From positions 459,020 through 523,019 of the forward strand of contig CAVSUB010000004.1 of NCBI GenBank assembly GCA_963730995.1: a stretch of 64,000 nt of DNA. The letters are read 5' to 3'. Positions 53,133 through 63,871 of this stretch are shown one piece after another. Both the position numbers and the translations under genes were made by a program. The notes under the pieces were generated by a model. It searched no databases. It was not told the DNA's origin and saw only the letters and a list, made by a program, of their open reading frames with translations. The stretch's first letter is position 1. Every line of letters begins with the position of its first letter. The stretch is from an uncultured Acidobacteriota bacterium. Its GTDB lineage: Bacteria > Acidobacteriota > Vicinamibacteria > Vicinamibacterales > 2-12-FULL-66-21.

Positions 53133-55601
53133 ATGAATGCCCGCCTGACCGTGGTCTCGTGGCTCGACTGGAAGCTGGGCGCGCGTCTGCTGCTGAAATA
53201 TCCCGCGCTCACAATCATCGGGGGCCTCTCGCTGGCGGGTGCCATCGCGATCGGGGCGGTCGGCATCGAAGTCGCCGACGAACTGCTGTACAAACGGCTG
53301 CCGTTCGATGAAGGCAGCCGAGTCGTGCGCCTCGAGACGCAGGACACGGCGGCGTTACGCGTGGAGCCGAGGGTGCTCCACGATTTCGCGATCTGGCGGC
53401 GGTCTCTGAAGACGGTGGCGGAGCTCGGCGCCGCCCGCGTGAGCGAGCGCAACGTGCTCACGGGCGAAGGCCGCGTCGAATCGCTGCGCGTGGCGGAGAT
53501 CACGGCGTCTGCGTTTCCGCTCACGCGCGTGCCGCCGTTGCTCGGCCGACCGCTGCAGCCGACGGACGAAATGCAGGGTGCGGAGCCCGTCGCGGTCCTG
53601 GGTTACGACGTCTGGCAGAGACAGTTCCTCCACGACCCGGCGATCATCGGCCGTATCGTGACGGTGGGCCGCGCGGCCCGCACCGTGGTGGGCGTGATGC
53701 CGCCGCGCTTCGGCTTTCCGCACGATCAGCAGGTATGGGTGCCCTTGCCGGTCCAGGACGCGCCGCCGCGCGAAGGGCCGGCCGTGCAGGTGTTCGGCCG
53801 CCTCGCCGACGGAGCGAGCTGGCAGGATGCCGCGGCGGAGCTCGACGTCGTCTCGGCACGCTTTGCCGCCGACCAGCCGACCACCCACGCGCAGCTGCGG
53901 ACGCGCGTTCGCGCATTCGCCGGGCGCACGCCGGGTGATCCGCTGCGGCTGGAAGATCTGGCGGTCCACGCCATCGTCCTGCTGCTGCTGGGGGCGGTGT
54001 CGGCGAACGTCGCGACGCTGATCTTCGCGCGCACGGCGATGCGCGAATCGGAGATGGTCGTCCGTCACGCGCTGGGGGCGAGCCGTGCCCGCGTGATCGC
54101 GCAGATCGTCACCGAAGGGCTCGTGATGGCCCTCGCCGCTGCCGTGCTCGGGCTCGTCGTGGCCCAGACGACAGTGCGCTATGCCTGGGCCCGGGCGAGT
54201 CAGATCACTGGGGAGAGCCTGCCGTTCTGGGTGGATCTGAAGCTCGAGCCTGCCACTATTGCGTATGCGCTGCTGCTCGCGCTCGTCGCCGCGGTACTGA
54301 TCGGCCTGCTGCCGGCACTGAAGGCCACAGGCGTGTCGGTCCAGCGGGGACTGCAGGGGATCACGAGCACAGGCGGGACGATGGGGTTCGGCGGCATCTG
54401 GTCGTTCATCATCGGCGCGCAGGTGGCGTGCACGCTGCTGTTCGTGCCCGCCGCGGTGGGAATCTTCACCAACACCTTCCACGACCGGTCGAAGTCGGCA
54501 GCGTTTCCGACGGAGCGTTACCTCACCTTCAACGTCAGGATGGACAACGAGGCGCTGGCGGGCGAGCGCGGTGTGCCTGACGATGAGCAGATCGGCGCGC
54601 GTCGCGCGCGTGCATACGAAGAACTCGCGGGCCGGTTGCGTGAGGAGCCTGGTGTGACGCACGTGACGTTCGGCGATCGGCTGCCGACGGCGTCCCCGGA
54701 GTGGGTGCCGGTGGAAATGGAGCAGGACGGTGCACCTCCGGCCCGCCTGATCGGCAATTACGAGGGCGGATTCGCGATGGCGGCTGTCGGTGCCGGCTAT
54801 CACGACGCGTTCGGCGCCCGGATCGTGGCCGGCCGCGCCTTGCATGCCGCTGACGCCGGAACGCCGAACGACCCCGTCGTGGTCAACGAGGCGTTCATGC
54901 GCGTGGTAGGCAGGAATCCCGTGGGCGCCCGAATCCGAACGCTCCAGCGGGGCAGCGAGCGCGAGCCGGGTCCCTGGCACGAGATCGTCGGCGTGGTCAC
55001 CGATCTGTGGACGTTCCCCGCCGATTGGAGTGGGGCGGCGTACCTCTATCGTGCAGCCTCCGCGGCGGAACTCGATCCTGTCGTGGTCGCCGTGCGCGCC
55101 GCGGAGGACGCGGCGCTGCTTGCCCCCCGCGTAGCCGCCGTCGCGCGGCAGGTCGATGCGGGTCTGCACCTCCGGGATATCGTCACCCTCGACGACATCG
55201 TCGCACAGGAGCAAATACGGATGGTGGGCGGCAGCGTCGTCTTTGGCAGCGTTCTGCTCGTGGCGCTGGTCTTCGCAGCGGCCGGTCTGTACGCGCTCAT
55301 GGCCGTCGCCGTGGCGCGTCGCACCCGCGAGATTGGGATCCGTATCGCACTCGGCGCCACCCCCCGGCACGTGCTCCGTAGCGTTTTCGTCCGCGCCGGC
55401 CGTCAGCTCGGCGGCGGCATCATCGCAGGTAACAGCATCATCCTGCTCCTCGCGTGGCGCGCCGACAGCTTGACCGCGGATCTCCTCGTAATGTCGGTGA
55501 TCACGTCCATCATCATGGCGGCGGTGGGCGTGCTTGCGTGCGCCGCACCTGCGCGCCGAGCGCTGCGTGTTCAACCGACCGAGGCGCTGCGACAGGTGTG
55601 A
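53133..55601 (+). CDS. ADOP-type duplicated FtsX/MacB-like ABC transporter permease
   Basis: ATG at 53133 follows GGAGGAGTGGAGGG. There are two MacB_PCD + FtsX modules. The second ends ...[20 protein letters not shown]...[14 protein letters not shown]. Confidence 0.9.
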   Translation: MNARLTVVSWLDWKLGARLLLKYPALTIIGGLSLAGAIAIGAVGIEVADELLYKRLPFDEGSRVVRLETQDTAALRVEPRVLHDFAIWRRSLKTVAELGAARVSERNVLTGEGRVESLRVAEITASAFPLTRVPPLLGRPLQPTDEMQGAEPVAVLGYDVWQRQFLHDPAIIGRIVTVGRAARTVVGVMPPRFGFPHDQQVWVPLPVQDAPPREGPAVQVFGRLADGASWQDAAAELDVVSARFAADQPTTHAQLRTRVRAFAGRTPGDPLRLEDLAVHAIVLLLLGAVSANVATLIFARTAMRESEMVVRHALGASRARVIAQIVTEGLVMALAAAVLGLVVAQTTVRYAWARASQITGESLPFWVDLKLEPATIAYALLLALVAAVLIGLLPALKATGVSVQRGLQGITSTGGTMGFGGIWSFIIGAQVACTLLFVPAAVGIFTNTFHDRSKSAAFPTERYLTFNVRMDNEALAGERGVPDDEQIGARRARAYEELAGRLREEPGVTHVTFGDRLPTASPEWVPVEMEQDGAPPARLIGNYEGGFAMAAVGAGYHDAFGARIVAGRALHAADAGTPNDPVVVNEAFMRVVGRNPVGARIRTLQRGSEREPGPWHEIVGVVTDLWTFPADWSGAAYLYRAASAAELDPVVVAVRAAEDAALLAPRVAAVARQVDAGLHLRDIVTLDDIVAQEQIRMVGGSVVFGSVLLVALVFAAAGLYALMAVAVARRTREIGIRIALGATPRHVLRSVFVRAGRQLGGGIIAGNSIILLLAWRADSLTADLLVMSVITSIIMAAVGVLACAAPARRALRVQPTEALRQV

Positions 55602-55864
55602 CGTGTTTCAGCGGAACTCCAGCCCATTCGCGTTGCGATGGTGCACATCGCGCTGGGAGAGAGCGATCGCGCATTCGCGTGCAGCGCGACGGTGGAGCGA
55701 TCCAGGAGATCCGCGCCGGTGACGTCGTGTGGTTCGAGCCGGGCGAAAGGCACTGGGACGGCGACTCGCGTCAATGGTCGCTAGTATAGACAGGTTATTG
55801 GCGCGAGTACGCTTCCGCTCGTAGAGTGTCGTTGGCTTTCGTCCCCCCCAACGGAGAAGCACCA

Positions 55865-58800
55865 GTGAGACTCGGGAAGCGTGCAGTCGTGGTCGTCCTT
55901 TTTGCAGCGACAGCGTTCGCTCGCATCCACGCACAAGGCAGCACGGCATCTCTGGCCGGTACGGTGCGCGATGAACAGGGCCTTGTCGCTCCCGGCGTCA
56001 CGGTGACGCTGGCAGGCACGGAAAACACCTTCTCCCGAACGGTGACGACGAGCGGTGATGGCGGCTTCGAGCTGCCAGGCCTGCTGCCGGGCGACTACAA
56101 GATGACCGTCGAGCTATCAGGCTTCACGCGCCAGGAGCTCGCGGTCCATATTGAAGTCAATCAACGAGTCCGCACGGACGTCGTGCTCAAGGCAGGCGGC
56201 CTGACGCAGCAGGTGCAGGTGACGCAGACCGCGGCCTTGCTGCACGTGAGCGACGCGACGGTTGGCGAAGTGATCGATCAGCGTCAGGTCGCCGAGCTGC
56301 CGCTCAATGGCCGGCAGTTTCTCGAGCTCGCGCTGCTAGTGCCCGGCGCGCACACCTCGCACGGCGCGCAGATGGGCGACATGAATCCGCTGTACTGGCG
56401 GCCGGGTCAGAACTCCGCGATCACGATCAGCGGAGGCCGGCCGAATTCCAACGTGTACCTCCTCGACGGCACGGTCAACACGGATCCGACCTTCAACACG
56501 TTCGTGATCAGCCTGCCGCCCGACGCGATTCGTGAATTCCAGATCCAGACCGGCACGTACACCGCTGAACTCGGCGGCGCCGGCACCGGCCAGATCAACG
56601 TCGTCACCAAGTCGGGGACGTTCAAGACGCGCGGATCGGTCTACGAGTACGTGCGCAACAGCAAGTTCGACTCGCCGGAGTTCACCAACCCCGACGAGCT
56701 GCCGCCGTTCAAGCAGAATCAGTTCGGCGGGACGCTCGGCGGCGCCGCCGGGAAGGGTTTCTTCTTCTTCGGCGGGTACGAGGGGCTGCGGACGACGCAG
56801 CACATGTCGAACATCATGTTCGTGCCCGACATGGCCGTCAGGTCAGGCGACTTCACGGGCTACGCGCCGATCTACGACCCGCTGACGAATCGGGCCAACC
56901 CGGCGTTCAATCCCGCGCTGCCGGTCAGCCCGGCCAACCCGCAGTTCATCCGCGATCAGTTTCCGGGGAACACGATCCCCGCCAACCGGATCAATTCCGT
57001 CTCGCGCGACGTCCTGGCGAAGTACGTCGTGGAGCCGAACCGCGACGATCCGACCGACAACTACCTCGACACGCGCGCGCACGATTTCGAGAACAACGGC
57101 TACAACATCCGTCTCGATCGCGCGTGGGGCAACGGCACGTTGTTGTACGGCCGCTACAGCCTGAGCGACGAGACCGGTTTCACTCCGCAGAATCTCCCGG
57201 GCTTCGGCGCGTACCACGACAATCGCGTGCACAACCTGACCGTCACGCTGCTGAACCCGACGACGAAGCGGATGTTGACCGAGACGCGGTTCGGATTCGC
57301 TCGCATGCGGATGCACCGGTACGGCGAATCGGCGAACGGCACCGACCACATCGCGCAGCTGGGGATTCCAGGCGTCGGATACGGTGGTGAGGACGCGTAC
57401 GGCCTGCCGCTGTTCGACATTCAGGGCTACGACCCGATCGGCGACTCGCTGCTTTGCACGCCGTGCCAGTACTGGAACAACAACTTCCAGTTCGGCGAGC
57501 GCGTGACCTGGAGCTCGGGGAAGCACTCGGTGAAGTTCGGCGGCGACGCGCGCAAGTTCAACTGGGACATGCTCGGGTTCTTCCAGAACCGCGGATACTT
57601 CCAGTTCACGACGCCGATCACGAGCCGCACGTCGCTCGCGGACGGCACCGGCAACGCGTTCGCGAGTTTTCTCCTCGGCACGCCGGCGCTTTCGCAGCGG
57701 CAGGCCGGGACGCCGTCGATGGTCATGCGTCAGATGACCTACTCCGCGTTCGTGCAGGACGACTGGCGCGTCTCGCCGGCGCTCACGATCAACGCCGGGT
57801 TGCGGTACGAGATCCAGACGCCGCTGCATGACATCAGCAAGATCCTGACGAACCTCGATTTCAGCAAGGGCGCGCCGGTCGCGTTCGTCGGCGGCCAGAA
57901 CGGGTATCCCAAAGGCCTCGTGTACATCGACAACAACAACATCGCGCCGCGCTTCGGCGTCGCGTGGTCGCCGGGCGACGCGAAGAACGTGCTGCGCGCG
58001 GGAGGCGGCATCTTCTACTCGTACCCGGACATGAATCTCTGGTGCAACCAGGTGCATAACGTCCCGCTGGTCTTTCCAGAGATCCGCGTGAACAACGCCG
58101 CCACGCCTGCCGTCGGCTTCGGCTTCGCGCCGCCGGTGCTCGGGCAGACGCTCACGAGTTTTACCGCCATCGACACGCACTTGCAGATTCCGCGCATCGA
58201 TCAGGTCAGTGTGAGCTTCGAGCGACAGTTGACCGCGACGTCGATGATCCAGGTCGGCTATCTGGGCGCGTGGGGATCGAGCCTCGACCGATCGCGCCTG
58301 GTCAACAACGCGCAGCCCGGTCCTGGCGGCGTGCAGCCAAGACGTCCGATTCAGACCATCCCGTTCGTGCCCGGAACCGATCTCGGCACGCTGCCGCCCG
58401 ATGTGACGGTGGCGAGCACCACATTTCCGGTTGGCCCCATCAACCTGCTCGAGAGCAGCGGCAAGTCGCAGTACAACTCAGTCTGGATTCTCACGAAGCG
58501 GTCGTTCTCGCGCGGGTTGAGCTACCTGGCGAGCTACACGTACTCGGACAGCCTGAGCGACTCGCCGACGTTCCGCTCGCCGAACGCGGAAGCCGAGGTG
58601 CCGCAGAACAGTTTCGACCCTGCGGCCGACTGGGGCCCGGCGGGTTGTGACATCCGCCATCGATTCGTCGCCAGCGTCATCTACAAGATTCCGTACGCGT
58701 CGACGGGCGGCGTCACGACCGGCGAGAAGATCGCGCGTGGCGTCTTCGGAGGATGGCAGGCGTCGTTGATCTACCAGTTGCAGAGCGGTTTCCCGTTCAC

Positions 58801-59203
58801 GGTCAGCGTCTTCGGCGACACCGCGAACGCCGGATCGCTCTTGAACGTCAATCCGATCCGCGCCAACGTTGTCCCCGGCGTGTCACCCGAGGTTGAGCAT
58901 CCGAACGCAGACATGTGGTTCAACACGGCGGCGTTCGTCACGCCGCCGCCGTTTACATTCGGCACGGCGACACGCAACAGCCTCTGGGGCCCCGGACTGA
59001 AGAAAGCGGACCTCGCGCTCGATCGCGAGATCCCGCTGAACGGTGCGTTGAAGTTCCACTTCAGGCTGGAAGCGTTCAACCTGTTCAACACGGTCAACTA
59101 CAACACGCCGAACCGCTTCGTGAATACGCCCCAGTTCGGCACGATCACCGAGGCCGCCACCTCGGCGCGCCAGATCCAGTTCGTCTTCCGCGCGACCTTC
59201 TAG
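55865..59203 (+). CDS. TonB-dependent receptor with an N-terminal carboxypeptidase-regulatory-like domain
   Basis: GTG at 55865 follows GGAGA. It has a signal peptide. GTVRDEQGLVAPGVTVTL..TTSGDGGFELPGLLPGDYKMTVE is the CarboxypepD_reg domain. Plug and beta-barrel follow, ending ARQIQFVFRATF. Confidence 0.9.
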   Translation: MRLGKRAVVVVLFAATAFARIHAQGSTASLAGTVRDEQGLVAPGVTVTLAGTENTFSRTVTTSGDGGFELPGLLPGDYKMTVELSGFTRQELAVHIEVNQRVRTDVVLKAGGLTQQVQVTQTAALLHVSDATVGEVIDQRQVAELPLNGRQFLELALLVPGAHTSHGAQMGDMNPLYWRPGQNSAITISGGRPNSNVYLLDGTVNTDPTFNTFVISLPPDAIREFQIQTGTYTAELGGAGTGQINVVTKSGTFKTRGSVYEYVRNSKFDSPEFTNPDELPPFKQNQFGGTLGGAAGKGFFFFGGYEGLRTTQHMSNIMFVPDMAVRSGDFTGYAPIYDPLTNRANPAFNPALPVSPANPQFIRDQFPGNTIPANRINSVSRDVLAKYVVEPNRDDPTDNYLDTRAHDFENNGYNIRLDRAWGNGTLLYGRYSLSDETGFTPQNLPGFGAYHDNRVHNLTVTLLNPTTKRMLTETRFGFARMRMHRYGESANGTDHIAQLGIPGVGYGGEDAYGLPLFDIQGYDPIGDSLLCTPCQYWNNNFQFGERVTWSSGKHSVKFGGDARKFNWDMLGFFQNRGYFQFTTPITSRTSLADGTGNAFASFLLGTPALSQRQAGTPSMVMRQMTYSAFVQDDWRVSPALTINAGLRYEIQTPLHDISKILTNLDFSKGAPVAFVGGQNGYPKGLVYIDNNNIAPRFGVAWSPGDAKNVLRAGGGIFYSYPDMNLWCNQVHNVPLVFPEIRVNNAATPAVGFGFAPPVLGQTLTSFTAIDTHLQIPRIDQVSVSFERQLTATSMIQVGYLGAWGSSLDRSRLVNNAQPGPGGVQPRRPIQTIPFVPGTDLGTLPPDVTVASTTFPVGPINLLESSGKSQYNSVWILTKRSFSRGLSYLASYTYSDSLSDSPTFRSPNAEAEVPQNSFDPAADWGPAGCDIRHRFVASVIYKIPYASTGGVTTGEKIARGVFGGWQASLIYQLQSGFPFTVSVFGDTANAGSLLNVNPIRANVVPGVSPEVEHPNADMWFNTAAFVTPPPFTFGTATRNSLWGPGLKKADLALDREIPLNGALKFHFRLEAFNLFNTVNYNTPNRFVNTPQFGTITEAATSARQIQFVFRATF

Positions 59204-59217
59204 ACTTCAAGGTGGGT

Positions 59218-59511
59218 CTACGCGACATCCTTGCGGACGTGCCGGGCCAGCACCTCGTTGATGAGGGTTTGATATCCGACTCGGCGTCGACGTGCTTCCT
59301 TGCGGAACTGATCGAGCACTCCGAGATCGACTCGGATCGCAATCAACCGGCGCGGCTCGTCCCCAATCGGAGGGCGCCCGACGGGCCGCATGGACTTCAG
59401 CTGCTTCGCGGATGAATCGGGAATGTCCGAGAAATCAATCTTGCGCCGTGTACGCCGCACGTTCTCGCCGGGTTGCGCGACGCTCGCTGATGATCCGGAT
59501 CGCTTCGGCAT
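59218..59511 (-). CDS. brnA: BrnA antitoxin (RHH/CopG-like); start uncertain
   Basis: IDFSDIPDSSAKQLKSMRPVGRPPIGDEPRRLIAIRVDLGVLDQFRKEARRRRVGYQTLINEVLARHV. Alternative GTG starts at 59481 or 59460 would shorten the overlap with brnT. Confidence 0.8.
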   Translation of the reverse strand: MPKRSGSSASVAQPGENVRRTRRKIDFSDIPDSSAKQLKSMRPVGRPPIGDEPRRLIAIRVDLGVLDQFRKEARRRRVGYQTLINEVLARHVRKDVA

Positions 59512-59716
59512 CGCCACTTCTCCTGAATGTGGACGCGACCATAAGCACGCGGCCGCTCGCCGAGCGCCCAAACCGCAGGAACCGCGACTCCGCCGACGAG
59601 TGCTGCAGGTCTGGGCCGTCGAGCGCGGCGGGATCGAGGAAGACGGTCACGGCGTCGTCGAACGAGACGTGCTTCGCCGCGTTGGCCTCAGCCTTTCGCG
59701 GGTCCCACTCGAACAC
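59435..59716 (-). CDS. brnT: BrnT ribonuclease toxin (DUF497)
   Basis: GTG start. (M)FEWDPRKAEANAAKHVSFDDAVTVFLDP...ESRFLRFGRS..GRVLMVAST..IRIISERRATRRERAAY. Confidence 0.85.
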   Translation of the reverse strand: MFEWDPRKAEANAAKHVSFDDAVTVFLDPAALDGPDLQHSSAESRFLRFGRSASGRVLMVASTFRRSGDAEAIRIISERRATRRERAAYTAQD

Positions 59717-59815
59717 TGATTTAGTATATACGAAATTTGGGCCGCGACTGGACCATGGGCGTTACACGTACGAGTGCACACCGAGTCGTACGCTATAAGT
59801 ACGACCGGTTTTCGT

Positions 59816-59854
59816 GTCAGAACTGTGTCACATACTCCCGAAACCCCCGGCAAC
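59816..59854. repeat. copy B of the ~40-bp dispersed repeat
   Basis: See 48859-48899. On the minus strand it supplies the last codons and the stop (GFREYVTQF*) of the kinase fragment. Confidence 0.7.
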
Positions 59855-60160
59855 GACGCCCCGGAAAAGCGTGCTTGAGCGAATTTGAGACCAGTTCGTT
59901 GACGATCAATCCGCACGAGATCGCGGCATCTATACCGAGGGGAATGTCCTCGGTATGGACCGCAAGGACGATGTCGTCTGGATTCACGCCGTATCGTCCG
60001 GTGTGCGGCTGACGATGGTTGTTGAGTCAGGACCAGGGCGTCAGCCTTTGGTCGACGCACAAGCGCTTGATGGTCGATACCAGGTCGACGGACCCCATTT
60101 TCGATAGGAAGGCAGATGGTCCCGCCTCGAAGAACGCCTGCTTCGAGGCTCAGATCCGCC
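59855..60160 (-). pseudogene. fragment of a HisKA_2/HWE-type histidine kinase (region around the ATPase N-box only)
   Basis: VDLVSTIKRLCVDQ is in one frame. DDIVLAVHTEDIPLGIDAAISCGLIVNELVSNSLKHAFPG is in another. There is an in-frame TGA further upstream. No sensor, H-box, G1 or G2 region is present. Confidence 0.6.
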
Positions 60161-60162
60161 GA

Positions 60163-60708
60163 CTACCCCAGCGAAAGCGGCGGGCCAACGATTTCCATTT
60201 CGCATGCGCGGTAAAGCTTCTCGTCCGCCGCGAAGTCGGAGATCTTTGCCGCCTCTTGAAAGAATGTCTCCATTTTTCCAGCAGGTTGGAAGCCAATGAG
60301 TATCTTCCCTGGCATTTCGCCGACGTACGCCCAGACGTGGGGAACCCTCCGCGGCGCCAGAAGAGAATCGCCGGGTCCCAACCGTATCCGCTCCTCTCCG
60401 ACTTCGAAGACATACTCGCCCTCCATCACATAGAACCATTCCTCCTGATTGTGATGGAGATGACGTGGCGGACCGCCTTTGCGCAAACTGACCTGATCGA
60501 ATACGAACAACCCCCCATTGGTGTCCCGACTGGAGACTTTGTACGCGATTTGGTTCGCGCCGGCGATCGTTCGCTGCTGGTTGAACCGATCCGCGCCGTG
60601 TTCTACATGGACGACGCGATCGGATCTTTGGAGTGCGGATGATTGTCCGAGCGCTATCGGAAAACTGCCGGCCGCCTCAAGGAATGTCCGCCGGTCCATG
60701 TTTCTCAT
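60163..60708 (-). CDS. cupin-domain protein with a Tat-like signal
   Basis: MDRRTFLEAAG (twin-arginine-like), then cupin motifs (GGPPRHLHHNQEEWFYVMEGEYVFEVG...PRRVPHVW). Confidence 0.8.
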   Translation of the reverse strand: MRNMDRRTFLEAAGSFPIALGQSSALQRSDRVVHVEHGADRFNQQRTIAGANQIAYKVSSRDTNGGLFVFDQVSLRKGGPPRHLHHNQEEWFYVMEGEYVFEVGEERIRLGPGDSLLAPRRVPHVWAYVGEMPGKILIGFQPAGKMETFFQEAAKISDFAADEKLYRACEMEIVGPPLSLG

Positions 60709-60999
60709 CTTCTGCGCCTCTTTCTTGAATCATAACGCCTGTGGACTGTGCGGCACTTGGCGGGTTCTCGGATCCGTCCTGCCTCGTCGCCAAGAATTTA
60801 CGAAACGTCCGCGCTCTCCTGTATCGAGCCCGATGGTGGGCGCAGCCGGTGGGCGCGCACTTCGAGTTCACCAGCGGCCGTTCCTTCCGCGCGCTTCGAA
60901 CGTCGCGCAAAATTTGCAGAACGATGTCGATTTCCGGCAAGCTCGTTCGTCGTTCCAATGAGACGCCAAATGGGGCCGGCTCAAACAAGGAGGCAGACG

Positions 61000-61191
61000 A
61001 TGCGGGTTATGGTGTTCGCGAAAACCACTGAGGACAGCGAAAAGGGCGAGCCCCCCACGCCCGAGGCGTTCGCGGCGATGGACCGCTTCATCGAGGAGCT
61101 GGCCAAGGCCGGCGTCTTCGTTGCCGGCGCCGGCCTCAAGAACAGCGCCCAGGCCAAGCGCATCGTTTGCGAAATGACGATCGGGGGCTGA
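61000..61191 (+). pseudogene. YciI-like (DGPF-family) protein, truncated after ~60 codons
   Basis: AAGGAGG followed by ATG at 61000. MRVMVFAKTTEDSEKGEPPTPEAFAAMDRFIEELAKAGVFVAGAGLKNSAQAKRIV matches the N-terminal half of YciI-like proteins. The DGPF-containing half was not found in any frame. Confidence 0.5.
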
Positions 61192-61592
61192 CGACCGCGG
61201 CCGCAAGCGGTCGGGGCATGCGTCACCGCCGCGCGCAAGCAATGGTTTGGAGCCACCCCATCGATGCGCGGGGCGTGGGCTGCCTCACTCGACAGCGACT
61301 TCCGAAAAGATGGTCAGCGCTTTGCCACTTGATCAGGCTGGTGATCCTGCGCGAGATTGCTCCGCGGCTCGGAACGGGCGGACGAGCGGGCAGGATGCAA
61401 CCGCCGAATTCGCGGCCTCCGAAATACCGTGGGACATCGGCCGCTGACCGTAGGGCGGCGGGAAGACATGCCGCGAAATCTCAGAAACGCTAAGGAAATC
61501 GAGAATCCTGATCGGGCACGGACATTGTTGTGCTGACCATCTCTGAAGACTGAATCGGCCCCGCCCTTAGTGCGCGGCCTTGGAAGGCGGCC

Positions 61593-62858
61593 ATGACCTC
61601 AAACCACGCGAGCCTCAGCACGCGAATCACCGCCACGCTGTGCGCTGCGCTCCTCATCCCGTCGAGTGTCGTCTCTTCCCCGGTGCCGTATCCACGGACC
61701 CAGACGCAAACGACCGCAGCGAAGATTCCCAATGACCAGCTCGATTCGCTGGTGGCCCCGATCGCTCTCTATCCGGACCCGCTCCTGGCGCAGACGCTTG
61801 CCGCCTCGACGTACCCTCTCGAAATCATCCAATTGCAACAGTGGATGACCAAACACCCCGACTTGAAGGGCGAAGCGCTCGCCGCCGCGGTCGAGAAGGA
61901 AAATTGGGATCCCGCCGTGCAAGGGCTCGCCGGCCTGCCCGACGTGGTCAAACGCCTGGGCGACGACATCCAGTGGACGACCGACCTCGGCAATGCCTTC
62001 CTCGCTCAGCAAAGCGACGTGATGGACGCCGTGCAGCGCATGCGAACGAAGGCCTCAGAGGCGGGGAACCTGAAGACGACTGAGCAGCAGAAGGTCACGA
62101 CGCAGGTTGTCCAAACCAAAGAAGTCATCGTGATTCAGCAAGCGAACCCGCAGGTGATCTACGTGCCGGCTTACAACCCGGTCGTCGTCTACGGCCCTCC
62201 GATTTATCCCTATCCGCCTATCTACTACCCGCCGGTGGGCTACTACGCTGCGGGTGTCGCGATCGGGTTCGGCGTAGGCGTCGCGATGGGCGCGTTCTGG
62301 GGCGGCGGCTGGGGCTACGGCCCGCGATGGGGCTACGGCAGCGTCCACATCAACGTGAACAACCGGTACGTGAATCACTACAACCGCTATAACAGCTACA
62401 ACCGATACGGCGGCAACTGGAATCACAATCCGCAGCATCGCGGCGGAACGCCGTACGCGGATCGCAACACCGCGAACCGCTATGGCGGCGCCGCGCGGGG
62501 CGATTCACGGGCGTCCCGGCAGGCGGCCCCCCGGCAGAACCCTGGCGCGTCTGGGCGGACACAACCCGCCACCGGGGCCAATCGGAGCGGGAACGCCGGT
62601 GCGAATCGTGCCGGCGCGTCGCCCGCCACGAGCGGCGCGGGCGCGAATCGCGGTACCCCGAGCCCGCGCAGCAGCGACCGCGTCGGCAATCGCAGCATCC
62701 CCAGCAATCCGGGTTCCTCGAACCGAAACAGCAACGCCTTTGGCGGCGCGGCGAGCAGCCGCCCGAGCGGCAGCGCCGCCCGCAGCAGCAGCCAGCGCGG
62801 GTCGGCCAGTGTCGGAGGGTCGCGCGCACGCTCCGGCGGCGGCGGACGACGGAGGTAA
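61593..62858 (+). CDS. DUF3300 domain protein with a low-complexity G/R/S/N-rich tail
   Basis: LDSLVAPIALYPDPLLAQTLAASTYPLEIIQLQQW...NWDPAVQGLAGLPDVV...DIQWTTDLGNAFLAQQSDVMDAVQRMR. Confidence 0.85.
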   Translation: MTSNHASLSTRITATLCAALLIPSSVVSSPVPYPRTQTQTTAAKIPNDQLDSLVAPIALYPDPLLAQTLAASTYPLEIIQLQQWMTKHPDLKGEALAAAVEKENWDPAVQGLAGLPDVVKRLGDDIQWTTDLGNAFLAQQSDVMDAVQRMRTKASEAGNLKTTEQQKVTTQVVQTKEVIVIQQANPQVIYVPAYNPVVVYGPPIYPYPPIYYPPVGYYAAGVAIGFGVGVAMGAFWGGGWGYGPRWGYGSVHINVNNRYVNHYNRYNSYNRYGGNWNHNPQHRGGTPYADRNTANRYGGAARGDSRASRQAAPRQNPGASGRTQPATGANRSGNAGANRAGASPATSGAGANRGTPSPRSSDRVGNRSIPSNPGSSNRNSNAFGGAASSRPSGSAARSSSQRGSASVGGSRARSGGGGRRR

Positions 62859-62860
62859 CG

Positions 62861-63871
62861 ATGGCGAACTCAAGAATGACTTCCACGTCCACACGATCGA
62901 TGCTGGCGCGAGGCCTCGCCGTGACGGCGCTCACCCTCGGTATGTTTGGTGCGCCGGTGGTGTTCTCTCAGACAACCTCGACGCCGAAACCGGCCGGCGC
63001 GGCCGTGCCGCCGCCCGGCGCCAGGGCATTCCCGACTGCGCAGGCGGCCGCGAGCGCACTCATCCAGGCGGCGTCGACGTTCGACGAGCCGGCGATCGAG
63101 GCGATGTTCGGCCCGGACGGTAAGGATCTCGTGAGCACCGAAGATCCTGTTCGCGACCGGTCCTATGCCCTCGCGTTTGCCTCGCTCGCGCAGGAGGGGC
63201 ACGCGGTGGTCGTGAGCCCGACAAATCCCGGCCGGGCCACGCTGCAGGTCGGACAGGAACACTGGCCGCTGCCGGTGCCGATCGTGAGGACTGGCGGCAA
63301 GTGGTATTTCGACGCCAGGACCGGGCACGACGAGATCCTGTTCCGCCGCGTCGGCGCCAACGAACTCGACGCGATCGAAGTATGTCGCGGGTTCGTCGAG
63401 GCGCAGCACGATTACGCGCTCGACCTGCACGATGGCTCGCGCACGCACCAGTACGCGCAGCGCATCATCAGCACACCCGGCAAGCAGGACGGCCTGTATT
63501 GGAAGAACGCCGACGGCACCGACGGCGGACCGATCAGCGAAGCGGTCGCCAAGGCGATCGAAGAAGGCTACAGCGTGGACACGGCATCTGCGTATCACGG
63601 CTACGTCTTTCACGTCTTGGCGGGTCAGGGCCCGGCGGCGCCGCTGGGCGAGCTCGACTACGTGATCGGTGGCGCCATGATTGGCGGGTTCGCGCTGATC
63701 GCGACGCCAGCGGAATACGGTGTCACCGGCGTGCAGACGTTCATTGTCAATCACGACGGCACCGTGTATCAAAAAGATCTCGGGCCGGATTCAGTGCCCC
63801 TGGCGAAGCAGATCACCCGTTACAACCCTGACAAGACGTGGATCCGCACGAACGATGAGTGGCCGAAATAA
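62861..63871 (+). CDS. DUF2950 domain protein (secreted)
   Basis: Signal peptide, then WPLPVPIVRTGGKWYFD, GANELDAIEVCRGFVEAQHDYA, GKQDGLYWKN and YHGYVFHVL...GGFALIATPAEYGVTGVQTFIVNHDGTVYQKDLG. Usual partner of DUF3300. Confidence 0.85.
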   Translation: MANSRMTSTSTRSMLARGLAVTALTLGMFGAPVVFSQTTSTPKPAGAAVPPPGARAFPTAQAAASALIQAASTFDEPAIEAMFGPDGKDLVSTEDPVRDRSYALAFASLAQEGHAVVVSPTNPGRATLQVGQEHWPLPVPIVRTGGKWYFDARTGHDEILFRRVGANELDAIEVCRGFVEAQHDYALDLHDGSRTHQYAQRIISTPGKQDGLYWKNADGTDGGPISEAVAKAIEEGYSVDTASAYHGYVFHVLAGQGPAAPLGELDYVIGGAMIGGFALIATPAEYGVTGVQTFIVNHDGTVYQKDLGPDSVPLAKQITRYNPDKTWIRTNDEWPK

